The notes: generated by a model from the sequence alone, not told the origin. 64,000 nt of DNA from Waterburya sp. (GCA_965217895.1 CBDCJV010000002.1:4096001-4160000), one strand, 5' to 3'. Positions 9,867-20,071 are shown, counted from the stretch's first letter. A program made the numbers and translations.

Positions 9867-9988
9867 CCTACTACCAATCGCAGCACCAGCTACACCGCCA
9901 CTTACCGCGCCAAATCCTGTTTTTATGGCGTTATGCTTCTGTTGCTGAGTAAATTCTTGTTTTCTTCGTTCATCTTAGGCTATTTTCT

Positions 9989-10120
9989 CTTACTTTTTAC
10001 TGTCTTGGTGCGCGTTCCCAAGCCAGTCCGTTAGGCGGGTTTCCCGACTTAAAACAAAGGACTTGTCCGCATGTACTGCTGAATCCTTCAGGGGGTCGCA
10101 CTGCTTTTTACTTCTTACTT
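9989..10120 (-). repeat. Composite small dispersed repeat (shell shared with 14672-14808)
   Basis: Reverse complement reads AAGTAAAAAGCAGTGCGACCCC...GGGAACGCGCACCAAGACAGTAAAAAGTAA. Confidence 0.75.
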
Positions 10121-11721
10121 CATACTTCCCCCAACCCAGCAAACTCAGGCACTCCCATCCGTTCTTTTAAATGCTCTGCTACTCTAATGGCATTGGCAAT
10201 AATAGTTAAAGTGGGATTTACGCCAGAATGGGAAGGAAAGAAACTACCATCAACTACATATAGATTGTCTACATCATGAGTACGGCAGTTGAGGTCTAAA
10301 ACAGAAGTTTGAGGATCTACGCCAAAGCGACAAGTACCGCACTGATGAGCTACCGCAGACAGTGGTAAATAGTTGCGGGGATAGATGCCAAAGGGAATAA
10401 CGTGCTTGGTGCTGCGATCGACTGCTTTCAGAATTGAAGTCCAGCGATAAATCAATCGATCTCTGGCTTCGGTATTGTTGGGCGTATAGTCTAAATGCAG
10501 CTTACCATTTATCCACTGCACGCGATTATTAGGAACGGGTAAATCTTCGGTTTGCAACCACCAGCCTGTAGTATGCTTTGCCATTACTTCTAATGCATTT
10601 TCTGGTGTCAACTTAACGTAAGGAGCAAGAAGTGGTGGCGAATCGGCAGGCATCATACCTGCTTTGACGTTGCCCGTATTCTGTACCATACCCATAGGAT
10701 AGGGAAAATCAGGTTCACCCCAGTAATAATCATTTAAACCAATAGTTTTTTGATGTACCGACTCGTTCGGCTCATCTTGCAGAGATACCATTGCTGTTGC
10801 CAAGTGTTTCATAAAGTTACGTCCTACTTGGTCGGAACTATTGGCTATTCCGTGGGGATGGGAATCGTTAGCCGAACGGAGTAATAAGGCAGCAGAGTTA
10901 ATTGCACCGCAGGAAACGACTACCAAATCGGCAGAAAATAAATGTTTTTGCTCGCCGATTTCGGTTTCTACTGCCGTAATTTCCTGTCCAGACTCGCTCG
11001 TATGTAACTTGACTACTTTAGCTCCTGTCATTAAGGTTAAATTAGAATAAGCCTGGGCTGGACGCACACAGTTAACATCAGCATCTCCTTTAGCGTGAAC
11101 CAAACAAGGAAAACCATCGCAGGTATCACAACGAATACATTCAGATAAAGTTTTATCTACTTCATTAAGTTTAATTGCTACTGGTAAATGAAAAGGATAA
11201 AATCCCAACTGACTCAGTTTGTCTACTATCCTCTGCATAAAAGGTTCTTGACTGACTGGAGGATAGGGATAGTCTCTTTCTGCTGGCGGTTCGGTGGGGT
11301 CTTCTTTCCTTTTGCCGTGAACGTTGAAAAGTTTTTCAGCTTTGGTATAGTAAGGAGCAAAATCTTGAAACTTAAGGGGCCAAGCTGGAGAAATACCGCC
11401 TTTATGCTGTACCTGTTCAAAATCGCGCTCTCTTAAAGGTAACAGTGCTGCGCCATAAACTTTAGTATTGCCACCTACCCAATAGCAAGTTTGGGGTTTA
11501 AAGGTTTTCCCTTCTTTGTTGCACCACTCCTCATCGGTAAAGTAGCGTTGTTTTTGATAGACTTCGGTAGGATTCCAATTATCTTTTTCACGGGGTAAAA
11601 ACTCGCCTCGCTCTAGTAGCAAGATTTTTTTTCCAGTAGGGGCGAGTTCGTGAGCGACAGTACCTCCTCCTGCGCCCGTACCGATAATAATGATGTCGTA
11701 GTGTCGATCTTTAACGCTCAT
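10120..11721 (-). CDS. GMC family oxidoreductase
   Basis: IIGTGAGGG FAD motif, CIRCDTCDGFPC, HQCGTCRFG, GVNPTLTIIAN. Confidence 0.92.
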   Translation of the reverse strand: MSVKDRHYDIIIIGTGAGGGTVAHELAPTGKKILLLERGEFLPREKDNWNPTEVYQKQRYFTDEEWCNKEGKTFKPQTCYWVGGNTKVYGAALLPLRERDFEQVQHKGGISPAWPLKFQDFAPYYTKAEKLFNVHGKRKEDPTEPPAERDYPYPPVSQEPFMQRIVDKLSQLGFYPFHLPVAIKLNEVDKTLSECIRCDTCDGFPCLVHAKGDADVNCVRPAQAYSNLTLMTGAKVVKLHTSESGQEITAVETEIGEQKHLFSADLVVVSCGAINSAALLLRSANDSHPHGIANSSDQVGRNFMKHLATAMVSLQDEPNESVHQKTIGLNDYYWGEPDFPYPMGMVQNTGNVKAGMMPADSPPLLAPYVKLTPENALEVMAKHTTGWWLQTEDLPVPNNRVQWINGKLHLDYTPNNTEARDRLIYRWTSILKAVDRSTKHVIPFGIYPRNYLPLSAVAHQCGTCRFGVDPQTSVLDLNCRTHDVDNLYVVDGSFFPSHSGVNPTLTIIANAIRVAEHLKERMGVPEFAGLGEV

Positions 11722-12228
11722 TTTTAATCTTTGTCAAATTAGTTTGCTTATTGTTGGGCTGAATATAAATTTCTTTTAGAGATTGCTAGGAGGTCGAACT
11801 ACGAATTAATACTCGAATCACTAATAAGGCAACAGACAGTAATAAGGCATCAATCAAATAGGTTTCCATTAGCCAGTAAATCCATCTCATTGCTAATTTC
11901 CTTGTTTTTATTTAAAGATGATTTACTTATTACCTTAAAGCGATCGCATCTCAAAGTTGTGTCATTGCTATTACATTTGGTGAAATTGTTATTTATTAAA
12001 GTTATAGCAGTTCTCATTTAAATGAGGTAAGTTAATAACCTTGGTTTTTGTTAATCGTTAATTGTTAATCAGGTGTACCCTTATTACCTATTACCTCGGC
12101 TTCATAGATTGAGAGCGTGCGTAACATCAGTTCTTTAAAAAGTTTGTTGGTTTCTCTTTCTGGTCGAATAGTCGAATAGTATTGTATCTTGAGTTTTGGG
12201 ACAAGATCTGGAAATATCTGTAGGAAAG

Positions 12229-13629
12229 ATGACAAACAACTATCGCACCGAAGAAGACTCTATGGGGTCAAAGGAAATACCCTCTAACGTATATTATGGT
12301 ATTCAGACTTTAAGAGCTACAGAGAATTTTCCGATTAGCGGTATCAAACCTTTGGCAACTTATGTAGATGCCTGTATCCTGATTAAAAAAGCTACAGCGA
12401 TCGCCAATGGAGAATTAGGCTGTATAGACTCAGAAATTAGTCAGGCAATTGTCAAAGCTGCGGATGAAATTCTAGAGGGAAGTCTGCGAGATCAGTTTGT
12501 GGTCGATGTCTATCAAGCTGGGGCAGGAACATCTCATCACATGAACGTGAACGAGGTTTTGGCTAATCGAGCTTTAGAGATATTAGGAGATGAAAAAGGT
12601 AACTATAAGAAAGTTAGTCCTAACGATCACGTTAATTATGGTCAGTCTACCAATGATGTAATTCCTACGGCGATAAGGGTAGGAGCATTGTTAGCTTTAG
12701 ATAAAACTCTTTATCCTGCTTTAGATAGTGCGATCGCCTCAGTTGAGCAAAAGGCGATAGAATTCCAAGATATTGTTAAATCTGGTCGCACCCATATGCA
12801 GGATGCTGTACCTGTGCGTTTAGGGGCAGGATTTCAAGCCTGGGGACAAATTTTACAAGACCATAAGGGCAGAATTGAAGCTGCTGCTGGCGATCTTTAC
12901 AGTTTAGGTTTAGGCGGTAGTGCTACAGGCACAGGACTAAATACCCATCCCCAATATCGTCATCGTGCAGCCGAATTGCTAGGAGAATTTATTGACAAAC
13001 CGCTACAGCCTGCCCCGCACCTAATGGCAGCTATGCAAAGCATGAGTCCTTTTGTAAACGTCTCAGGGAGCTTACGTAACCTAGCACAAGATTTAGTCAA
13101 GATTTCCCATGATTTGCGTCTGCTGGATTCAGGTCCACAAACAGGATTTAAAGAAATTCAGTTACCCGCAGTGCAGCCAGGCTCATCAATTATGCCAGGA
13201 AAATATAACCCTGTAATGGCGGAAATGACCTCAATGGTATGTTTTCAAGTGATGGGCTACGATACGGCGATCGCTTTTGCAGCACAGGCAGGACAGTTAG
13301 AATTAAACGTGATGATGCCTCTGATCGCCTATGATTTAATTCACAGCATCGAAATCTTAGGCAATACTATTGATAGCTTGAGTAAGCGTTGTTTGCTAGG
13401 CATTACTGCCCGTCGCGATCGCTGTTTGGCCTATGCTGAAGGTAGTTTAGCTTTAGTTACGGCTCTTAATACTCATATTGGTTATCTAAAAGCAGCAGAT
13501 GTAGCCAAGAAGTCTTTAGCTACTGGAAAATCTATTAGAGCGATCGTTTTAGAAGCAGGTTTAATGGACGAAAATCAATTAGCAGCAGTCTTAGATTTAG
13601 GTAAAATGAGTAATTTGCCCGAATCTTGA
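12229..13629 (+). CDS. Fumarase class II/aspartase superfamily enzyme (typical cyanobacterial housekeeping type)
   Basis: [37 protein letters not shown]; start taken at ATG 12229. Confidence 0.88.
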   Translation: MTNNYRTEEDSMGSKEIPSNVYYGIQTLRATENFPISGIKPLATYVDACILIKKATAIANGELGCIDSEISQAIVKAADEILEGSLRDQFVVDVYQAGAGTSHHMNVNEVLANRALEILGDEKGNYKKVSPNDHVNYGQSTNDVIPTAIRVGALLALDKTLYPALDSAIASVEQKAIEFQDIVKSGRTHMQDAVPVRLGAGFQAWGQILQDHKGRIEAAAGDLYSLGLGGSATGTGLNTHPQYRHRAAELLGEFIDKPLQPAPHLMAAMQSMSPFVNVSGSLRNLAQDLVKISHDLRLLDSGPQTGFKEIQLPAVQPGSSIMPGKYNPVMAEMTSMVCFQVMGYDTAIAFAAQAGQLELNVMMPLIAYDLIHSIEILGNTIDSLSKRCLLGITARRDRCLAYAEGSLALVTALNTHIGYLKAADVAKKSLATGKSIRAIVLEAGLMDENQLAAVLDLGKMSNLPES

Positions 13630-13871
13630 CAACACTTTAAAATAAAATTTATCTAGCACTATTCAACAAAGTAAGTAGCAAGTAGTAAGTAGCAAGTAGG
13701 AAATAAAATCTTGCTTATTCGGTTTTATATTTAATTCTGCCTACTTACTTATAGTTGCTATATTAATTGAGTCCTATTGCCTAAAGTTTATGAATATCGG
13801 TTTTTGGTTAATAGTTTCTATTACTCGTGCTTCAATTTTTAATTAGTTACAGCTATACAAATTATAAAATA

Positions 13872-14090
13872 ATGTCAAAATCGACTATTTGGGTAAACGA
13901 ACAGATCGATCCAGGTGGGCTAATCCATGCTTGTATTGCCTGTCAAAATAAAGATGCAGCAGAAAATTGTCATCAAAATTGGCAAAATGATCTGACTGAA
14001 GAACAAAAGCAAAACGGCTGGATTGCTAGTCTGCGTACAGTTGATTCTTGGGATGATGTTCCTGTAAATGCTTTGAAATTGAGCTTTTAG
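13872..14090 (+). CDS. Small conserved cyanobacterial protein
   Basis: IWVNEQIDP.G.IHACIAC...WDDVPVNALKL resembles a small cyanobacterial family; function unknown. Confidence 0.7.
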   Translation: MSKSTIWVNEQIDPGGLIHACIACQNKDAAENCHQNWQNDLTEEQKQNGWIASLRTVDSWDDVPVNALKLSF

Positions 14091-14188
14091 TATAGGGCGT
14101 GTCATTAATTTTTCTATCTTGTTATAGATTGCGCGATCGCCTGTTGTTTTGAGAGAATGATTCTAATCACTTTATCAGCTCCAATAAA

Positions 14189-14623
14189 TTGCCTCAAACT
14201 TCTTTTGCGCCGCTAGATTGGCTACATATTTCATTACGCTTAGGTGTTGCTTTACTAGTAGGTGCAATTATTGGTTTGGAAAGAGAAACTAAAAGTAAAC
14301 CAGCAGGATTAAGAACAAATATGTTGGTTAGTTTTGGCTCGGCATTGATGGTACTTGTTCCCATTCAGATAGGTGCAGCAGAGCAAAATTTAGATGTTTT
14401 AGGCAGAGCTATCTCAGGCGTAATTAGTGGTGTTGGCTTTATTGGTGGAGGAACTATTTTACGAGAGTCTAAAGTTAAAGGTTTAACTTCGGCGGCGGCA
14501 ATTTGGGTTTCGGCTGCTCTTGGTATTACTGTAGGCTGTGGCTTGTGGCTTCTAGGATTGATAGGAGCTTTAATTACCTGGATAATTCTCCGACTATTTG
14601 ATGAGTGGGAAAAATATATTTAG
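14189..14623 (+). CDS. MgtC/SapB family membrane protein
   Basis: IGLERE..KPAGLRT, GVGFIGGG, GLTSAAAIW. Confidence 0.92.
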   Translation: MPQTSFAPLDWLHISLRLGVALLVGAIIGLERETKSKPAGLRTNMLVSFGSALMVLVPIQIGAAEQNLDVLGRAISGVISGVGFIGGGTILRESKVKGLTSAAAIWVSAALGITVGCGLWLLGLIGALITWIILRLFDEWEKYI

Positions 14624-14671
14624 TATCTGATGTTATGCACTCATCGATCCGTGAGGCTTGGGGACTTTGGG

Positions 14672-14808
14672 AAGTAAAAAGTAAAAAGCGGTGCGACCCC
14701 GCGTCGCCGTCAGGCGCGCCCTCGGCAGTCACTCTATGAGGGAAACCCTCAAGACCGTGCTGCCTCGCAAGGGAACGCGCACCAAGACAGTAAAAAGTAA
14801 GAAGTAAC
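14672..14808 (+). repeat. Composite small dispersed repeat (shell shared with 9989-10120)
   Basis: AAGTAAAAAGCGGTGCGACCCC-[70 nt]-GGGAACGCGCACCAAGACAGTAAAAAGTAA. Confidence 0.75.
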
Positions 14809-14837
14809 ACTGCTCCTCGTCACCTCGTCACAGCAGT

Positions 14838-14954
14838 TATAGTCATTCCAATTAATTTCCTTATGGTAGTTTTGTATTGATTGTTAGGTTGAATATTATT
14901 TGCTACTTGCTACTTTTTTCAGAGATAATCTGGTTGCTATTTAAAATGACTATA
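14838..14954. mobile_element. MITE-like element with TATAGTCATT terminal inverted repeats
   Basis: TATAGTCATT...AATGACTATA; same TIR type at 37452-37568. Confidence 0.6.
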
Positions 14955-15103
14955 GATTAAATGCGCCCCAGGTCAGTTATCAAATTAAGTTTTCGCCTAT
15001 GTCTGAAATCGTACAGAGACGATAGGAAAAACCAACCAGAATTGAAGTTAGTAGGTTATCGACTATTACCGAGCGAGATGTTAATATAGCTACTAAAAAG
15101 CTT

Positions 15104-15487
15104 TTGCTTATTGACGATAATGAAGACAACAGAATATTAGTTAAGTTGGCTTTAGAGATGAATCCAGACTGGGAAGTTTTAACGGCGATCGATGGCATAG
15201 AAGGCATAACTAAGGCAGAATCGATACGTCCCGATGTGATTCTTTTAGATTTAATCATGCCAGGCTTAGACGGACTAACTGTCTATGAAATTTTAAAGTC
15301 TAATTTATTTACCTGTTCGATTCCGATCGTTTTTATGACAGCTTTGACCCAAGAAAAGATGCTTTCTCAATTAAAAACTACTTTAGCTGAAGGAATAATT
15401 ATTAAGCCTTTTGATGTTATTAATCTAGATTCCCAAATAGCCAAGATTTGTGACTGGGAATTAGTTAGCCAGTCAAAGATTACTTAG
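15104..15487 (+). CDS. Single-domain response regulator (true start uncertain)
   Basis: LIDD, PDVILLDLIMPGLDG, FMTA, KPF. Confidence 0.88.
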   Translation: MLIDDNEDNRILVKLALEMNPDWEVLTAIDGIEGITKAESIRPDVILLDLIMPGLDGLTVYEILKSNLFTCSIPIVFMTALTQEKMLSQLKTTLAEGIIIKPFDVINLDSQIAKICDWELVSQSKIT

Positions 15488-15520
15488 AAAAGCCTGAAAA
15501 GTAAGCTTTATTTTTTTTGC

Positions 15521-15551
15521 GATCGTAACTCAACGAAGTTGAGTTACGATC
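15521..15551. terminator. Perfect 14-bp hairpin downstream of the response regulator
   Basis: GATCGTAACTCAAC-GAA-GTTGAGTTACGATC followed by TTTAT. Confidence 0.55.
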
Positions 15552-15652
15552 TTTATGCTTATAAAATTTGGCGACATAGGAATTTAAACTTGTTTTCCTT
15601 TTTGTGCCGTTAGCTTTTTTAGCAGCAGCACAATTAATAAAGAGGTTTTCCT

Positions 15653-16351
15653 TTGTCTCAAGACCATTCGCATTCAGCTAATCGTCTTCTGGCTGCCTTG
15701 CCAGAAATTGAATACCAGCGTCTAAAGCCTTACTTAACTTCTGCTTCTCTGACTTTGGGAACTGTTTTATACGAAGCTTCAGAAAAGATCGAAACTGTTT
15801 ACTTCCCCAATACCGCGTTGATTTCTGTGGTTAACATTCTCAGCGACGGTCTGACTACTGAAATTGGTATAATCGGCGGGACGGGAATTGTTGGTCTTCC
15901 AGTTATTCTCAGCAATGGTTATAGTGCCAACCGTGCCATAGTTCAAGTACCAGATCATGCTCTGAAGATTTCTGCTATCGTTTTAAAAAGGGAGTTTGAC
16001 CGAGGAGAAGAGTTGCAAAGGGTGTTGCTTAACTACACCCAGACTAGACTAAATGAGACTGCCCAAATAGCAGTTTGTAACCGTCATCATACAATAGAAG
16101 AGCGTCTGGCTCGTTGGCTGCTGACGGTTCAGGATTTAACTCAATCTAATGAATTGCCTCTGACTCAGGAATTTATTAGTAGTATGCTAGGGGTTCGTCG
16201 TTCGGGCGTAACCATAGCCGCAGGTATTCTTCAATCAGCAGGATTGATTCGTTATGCTCGTGGCAAAATTACTATTTTAACTCGGTCTGCTTTAGAAAAT
16301 TCTGCTTGCGAATGCTATGGGCTGTTTCGTGATAACTTCTATCGGGATTAA
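15653..16351 (+). CDS. Crp/Fnr family regulator
   Basis: NRLLAALP, CNRHHTIEERLARWLL, LTQEFISSMLGVRRSGVT, ACECY. Confidence 0.92.
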   Translation: MSQDHSHSANRLLAALPEIEYQRLKPYLTSASLTLGTVLYEASEKIETVYFPNTALISVVNILSDGLTTEIGIIGGTGIVGLPVILSNGYSANRAIVQVPDHALKISAIVLKREFDRGEELQRVLLNYTQTRLNETAQIAVCNRHHTIEERLARWLLTVQDLTQSNELPLTQEFISSMLGVRRSGVTIAAGILQSAGLIRYARGKITILTRSALENSACECYGLFRDNFYRD

Positions 16352-16974
16352 GTTTGTTGTTTAATTTCATGAGCAGTATTATTGTTGATTGATTTTTGGT
16401 TCATTGAGGAATAAGAAACTATACTAAAAAATAAGATAGTTCCCGATATTAAAGCTGTACCTATGGCTAAATTTTTTGAATATTTGTAGTTAGCTATTTT
16501 CTGCCATAAACTCTGAGAGCGGAAGTTTTTATGGGATGGGATATTATCATGGTGTGAGTTTTGCTCTTTTCTTGCAAGCAATCTATAAATACGTTCTGGG
16601 GTAAAGCCACCAATTCTTTCTTCTTGTACGGCTTCCAGCCTTTCTTTTAAAACAATTATATTTTTGAGCTTAGATTCAAAAGTAGTTAGGTAAACAAATA
16701 TTCCTTCCAAATCATCCACTAAGAAATCTAATTTAGAATCTGTTTCTTTAATTGGCGATGGCAAAACAGAATTCTGTGAATCAGAGAAGTTTGTTTGAGA
16801 TGATTGTAGTTTTAAAAACTCCAATTGTTGCTTTAAACTATCTAGTTCGGTAGGAAGTGCGCTTAACTTATGTTTGCTTTTATCAATCTCTTCTATTAAA
16901 GGAATGTACATTTCAACAATAGAAATCAAATTGGTTATTTGACATTGAAGATTTTGGTGACTAATTTTTTTCAT
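16348..16974 (-). CDS. Hypothetical coiled-coil protein with C-terminal TM helix
   Basis: 208-aa ORF, heptad-like N-terminal half, hydrophobic LAIGTALISGTILFFSIVSY. Confidence 0.65.
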   Translation of the reverse strand: MKKISHQNLQCQITNLISIVEMYIPLIEEIDKSKHKLSALPTELDSLKQQLEFLKLQSSQTNFSDSQNSVLPSPIKETDSKLDFLVDDLEGIFVYLTTFESKLKNIIVLKERLEAVQEERIGGFTPERIYRLLARKEQNSHHDNIPSHKNFRSQSLWQKIANYKYSKNLAIGTALISGTILFFSIVSYSSMNQKSINNNTAHEIKQQT

Positions 16975-17372
16975 TGAATTGTTATTTAAAATTTAAAACT
17001 AAATAAATAATTGTTGGCGAGAAGACTAAAGTTGTGTTTTGCGATCGCAAAATAAATAAAAGAGACATTAAGTGGCGTACGATTAGTTGAAATGTCTCCC
17101 TGAAGCTGAATCATTAGAAAATGCTTGGTATACGATCTTTCTTGATAAACATGACCGTTAGTAGTGCCAGCTTGTGAACTACGCGACTTTCATAATCAAT
17201 TACTAATCTATGCCTTTACTAGCTTATTTAAAAGTAGAAAATTATTTCATCAGTCTAGAGTAATAGATGCTCATTATTTACCATTTAGTAATGGGTTTAA
17301 AGTCCCGCATCTTAGGGCGATTAAGCTATCAGCTATCAGCTTCAAGCCCCTGCATAGCTAATGTAAACCGAC

Positions 17373-17486
17373 TATAGCGTTTCTCAGTTTACTGAAGTAC
17401 ATCTAACTTCTGCCTAGCTGCGGCGAACAAGCCTTTCTGCCTTAAAGCGATTTACTTTGTACCTGACTAATTTGAAAATCGCTATA
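17373..17486. mobile_element. MITE-like element with TATAGCG terminal inverted repeats
   Basis: TATAGCGTTTCTCA...GTACA ... TGTAC...TGAAAATCGCTATA. Confidence 0.5.
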
Positions 17487-17509
17487 TTTGCGAGGAAAAT
17501 CGTTTTCAC

Positions 17510-17696
17510 AAGTAGCAAGTACCGCGCTTTGCGCTCAAGTAGCAAGTAGCAAGTTTTACCTCTCGTTAAAACAAGAGGATTCAACAATTGAAATATAATT
17601 TCATATTTTCCTCATTCATGAGGAGGCTTTATACCATCTTCGGAGCTATTTACTTGCTACTTGCTACTTGCTACTTGTTACTTTTGCTCCAAAGGA
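17510..17696. repeat. MITE-like repeat with (AAGTAGC)n/(GCTACTT)n ends, copy 1
   Basis: Core TTTTACCTCTCGTTAAAACAAGAGGATT and GCTTTATACCA.CTTCGGAG also occur at 20072-20306. Confidence 0.75.
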
Positions 17697-18066
17697 GCTT
17701 GGTAAAGGGTTCTCTCCGCTGAGGTACCTGCGGGGAGTACCCCTCTTGGTTGCCGAGGATGCGCTTTACTTTAGGCTATTAATTGAATATTGAATGTTTT
17801 AAATTAATACTTATGTTTGAAATCGTACAGAAACATTTGAACAATAACCATAGTACTTAAATCCGTTTTAACTTCTTTATTTTTAAATAATTTAGGATTG
17901 CTATATCTATCCAAAGAAAGAAGAATAATTTGCAAACTATAATTAAATTTATAAAGCAAAGTATCTCTGACTTAAGTTTATTAAAACACAATAAATATAG
18001 TCTATCTAGAGACTGAATATATATAGTTTCAGTCATTTTTAAAGTTGAAAAAATAGGAGAAAAATA

Positions 18067-18807
18067 ATGCCCCAAGGTTGGACAGAAATTTGGCTATGGG
18101 TAGCTTTTATCGGCATGGTAATTGGGTTCGTAATTTTAGGCATAAGAGCGATCTCTCACCGTCACAGAGAAGGCATGGAGTTTAGCATGATAAGCTTCTT
18201 TATTTGTCTTTGGGCTGCCTGTATGTATCTCTCAATGGCTCTCGGTCACACCATCACCCTAGCAGGTGGTCAAGAGGTATACTGGGGACGCTATCTAGAC
18301 TGGATTGTAACTACACCACTGCTGCTTCTCGATCTAGGAATTTTAGCAGGCGCGCGACCAAAATTGATCGGCGCAGTTATTGGTGCAGATATTTTTATGA
18401 TCGTCACGGGGGTTATTGCCTCGCTGACAACTCCTCCAGAGGATTTTATTTGGTATGTAATTAGTTGCGGGGCTTTTGTGGCTCTTCTGTGGGCTTTGTT
18501 TAGCGAATATAGTGCTACGGCTCGCCGTCGTGACGACAAAGTAAGCAAGCTGTTTTCTACTATGCGTAATCTGCTGGTTGTATTGTGGATTTGCTACCCA
18601 ATTGTCTGGATCTTAGGAGCGCAGGGAATTACAATTATTGGCACAGCATGGGAGGCGTTTTTCTATGCAGTGCTAGATGTGACAGCTAAAGTAATCTTTG
18701 GTTTAATTCTGACTTCTGCTAGTGCAACAACATTAGCAAAAGCAAGCAATTCCGACAGAATGATGAAGACAGCCGAGTCATACATACAAGGATATCAAGG
18801 AGAGTGA
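18067..18807 (+). CDS. Microbial rhodopsin with DTD motif (cyanorhodopsin-like proton pump)
   Basis: 7 TM helices. Helix C RYLDWIVTTPLLLLDL gives the BR R82/D85/T89/D96 equivalents; helix G LDVTAK carries the retinal Lys. AGGAGA RBS. Confidence 0.93.
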   Translation: MPQGWTEIWLWVAFIGMVIGFVILGIRAISHRHREGMEFSMISFFICLWAACMYLSMALGHTITLAGGQEVYWGRYLDWIVTTPLLLLDLGILAGARPKLIGAVIGADIFMIVTGVIASLTTPPEDFIWYVISCGAFVALLWALFSEYSATARRRDDKVSKLFSTMRNLLVVLWICYPIVWILGAQGITIIGTAWEAFFYAVLDVTAKVIFGLILTSASATTLAKASNSDRMMKTAESYIQGYQGE

Positions 18808-19042
18808 TCGAGGCTTCGCCCCTAAAAGATGAATTATGAGGACGAAGGAAAGAAGTTGCTTTTTATCCTCAATTCTCATCCCTCATATTTTAATAATGTT
18901 CGGTTAAGCCCCCTTGCCTTCAACTTTGGGGAAGCTAGATTCAGAGAAGTCCCCCAGACTTGAGCGACTAACCGAACAGTATTGCATCATATCTTATTTG
19001 ACTTATCAAACGTATTGTTTCAAGAAAACGGATTTAACATTT

Positions 19043-19996
19043 ATGAAAGCAGCAATCATCGATCGCTATGGATCTACTGAAGTTTTACAGATTAAAGAGA
19101 TTGCCAAACCTCAGATCGAACCAGACCAAATGCTAGTTAAGGTTCATGCTAGCAGTATTAACCCCATTGACTGGAAAATTAGAAAAGGTCTGCTGAAAAA
19201 TCGTTCGGGCAGTGAATTTCCCATGTTATTAGGATACGATGTTTCGGGTGAAGTTATTGAAGTAGGCGATCGCATTAAAGAGTTTCAACCAGGCGTGCAG
19301 ATTTATGCTCGTTTAGATCAGTCAACGGGTGGTGCTTATGCCGAATATGCTGCGGTTTCTGAGAGAATTGCTGCTGCCAAACCGAACAATATGTCTTATG
19401 AAGAGGCAGCAACAGTACCTCTTGCAGCGATGACTGCACTACAGGCTCTAAGAGACAAAGGCAACATAGCAGCGGGACAAAAGGTATTAATTAACGGTGC
19501 TTCGGGAGGAGTCGGTATTTTTGCCGTTCAAATTGCTAAAGCATTAAAGGCAGAGGTTACGGGAGTTTGCAGCAGTAGCAATGTCGAAATGGTAAGAAGC
19601 TTGGGTGCCGATCGCCTTATTGACTACAAGCAGCAAGATTTCACCGAAGATAACGTCGAATACGACATTGTTTTTGATGTGGTTGGCAATCGTACGCCAC
19701 CTGAATGTAAGTCTGTCTTGAAACCCGATGGAGTCTATATTACGACTCAGCCAACCCCCGATGACAAGTTAGCAGAATGGGAACAGAATCTCATGCCCAA
19801 CCAAAAAGCAGAAGTAATTATGCTTCAATCCAATACAGAGGATCTTGTTTATCTTGCAAGACAAATTGAAGCAGGTAAAATTAAAACCATCATCGATCGC
19901 ACCTATCCGCTCTCAGAAATTGCTGATGCTCATGCCTATAGCGAAACAGAACACGCAGCGGGCAAAATTGCGATCGCTATTTTGCCGAAACACTGA
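19043..19996 (+). CDS. MDR family NADP-dependent oxidoreductase (quinone reductase-like)
   Basis: SINPIDWKIRKG, LINGASGGVG, IDRTYPL..AH.YSE...A.GK. Confidence 0.88.
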   Translation: MKAAIIDRYGSTEVLQIKEIAKPQIEPDQMLVKVHASSINPIDWKIRKGLLKNRSGSEFPMLLGYDVSGEVIEVGDRIKEFQPGVQIYARLDQSTGGAYAEYAAVSERIAAAKPNNMSYEEAATVPLAAMTALQALRDKGNIAAGQKVLINGASGGVGIFAVQIAKALKAEVTGVCSSSNVEMVRSLGADRLIDYKQQDFTEDNVEYDIVFDVVGNRTPPECKSVLKPDGVYITTQPTPDDKLAEWEQNLMPNQKAEVIMLQSNTEDLVYLARQIEAGKIKTIIDRTYPLSEIADAHAYSETEHAAGKIAIAILPKH

Positions 19997-20071
19997 GCAG
20001 TGAAATAGTATTAAGCTCTAAAATAGTAACCTAGTAACCAAACACTTCAAACTTTTAGATATATATTTCAA

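Noticed and set aside
13670..13700. Heptamer and nonamer runs (also near 2902, 33240, 40372, 63610) as CRISPR arrays
   Set aside because: Short tandem repeats without spacers, ordinary cyanobacterial STRR-type; no cas genes.
18067..18807. Anabaena sensory rhodopsin/xenorhodopsin or chloride pump
   Set aside because: D85, D96 and D212 equivalents are all Asp, and there is no transducer gene.
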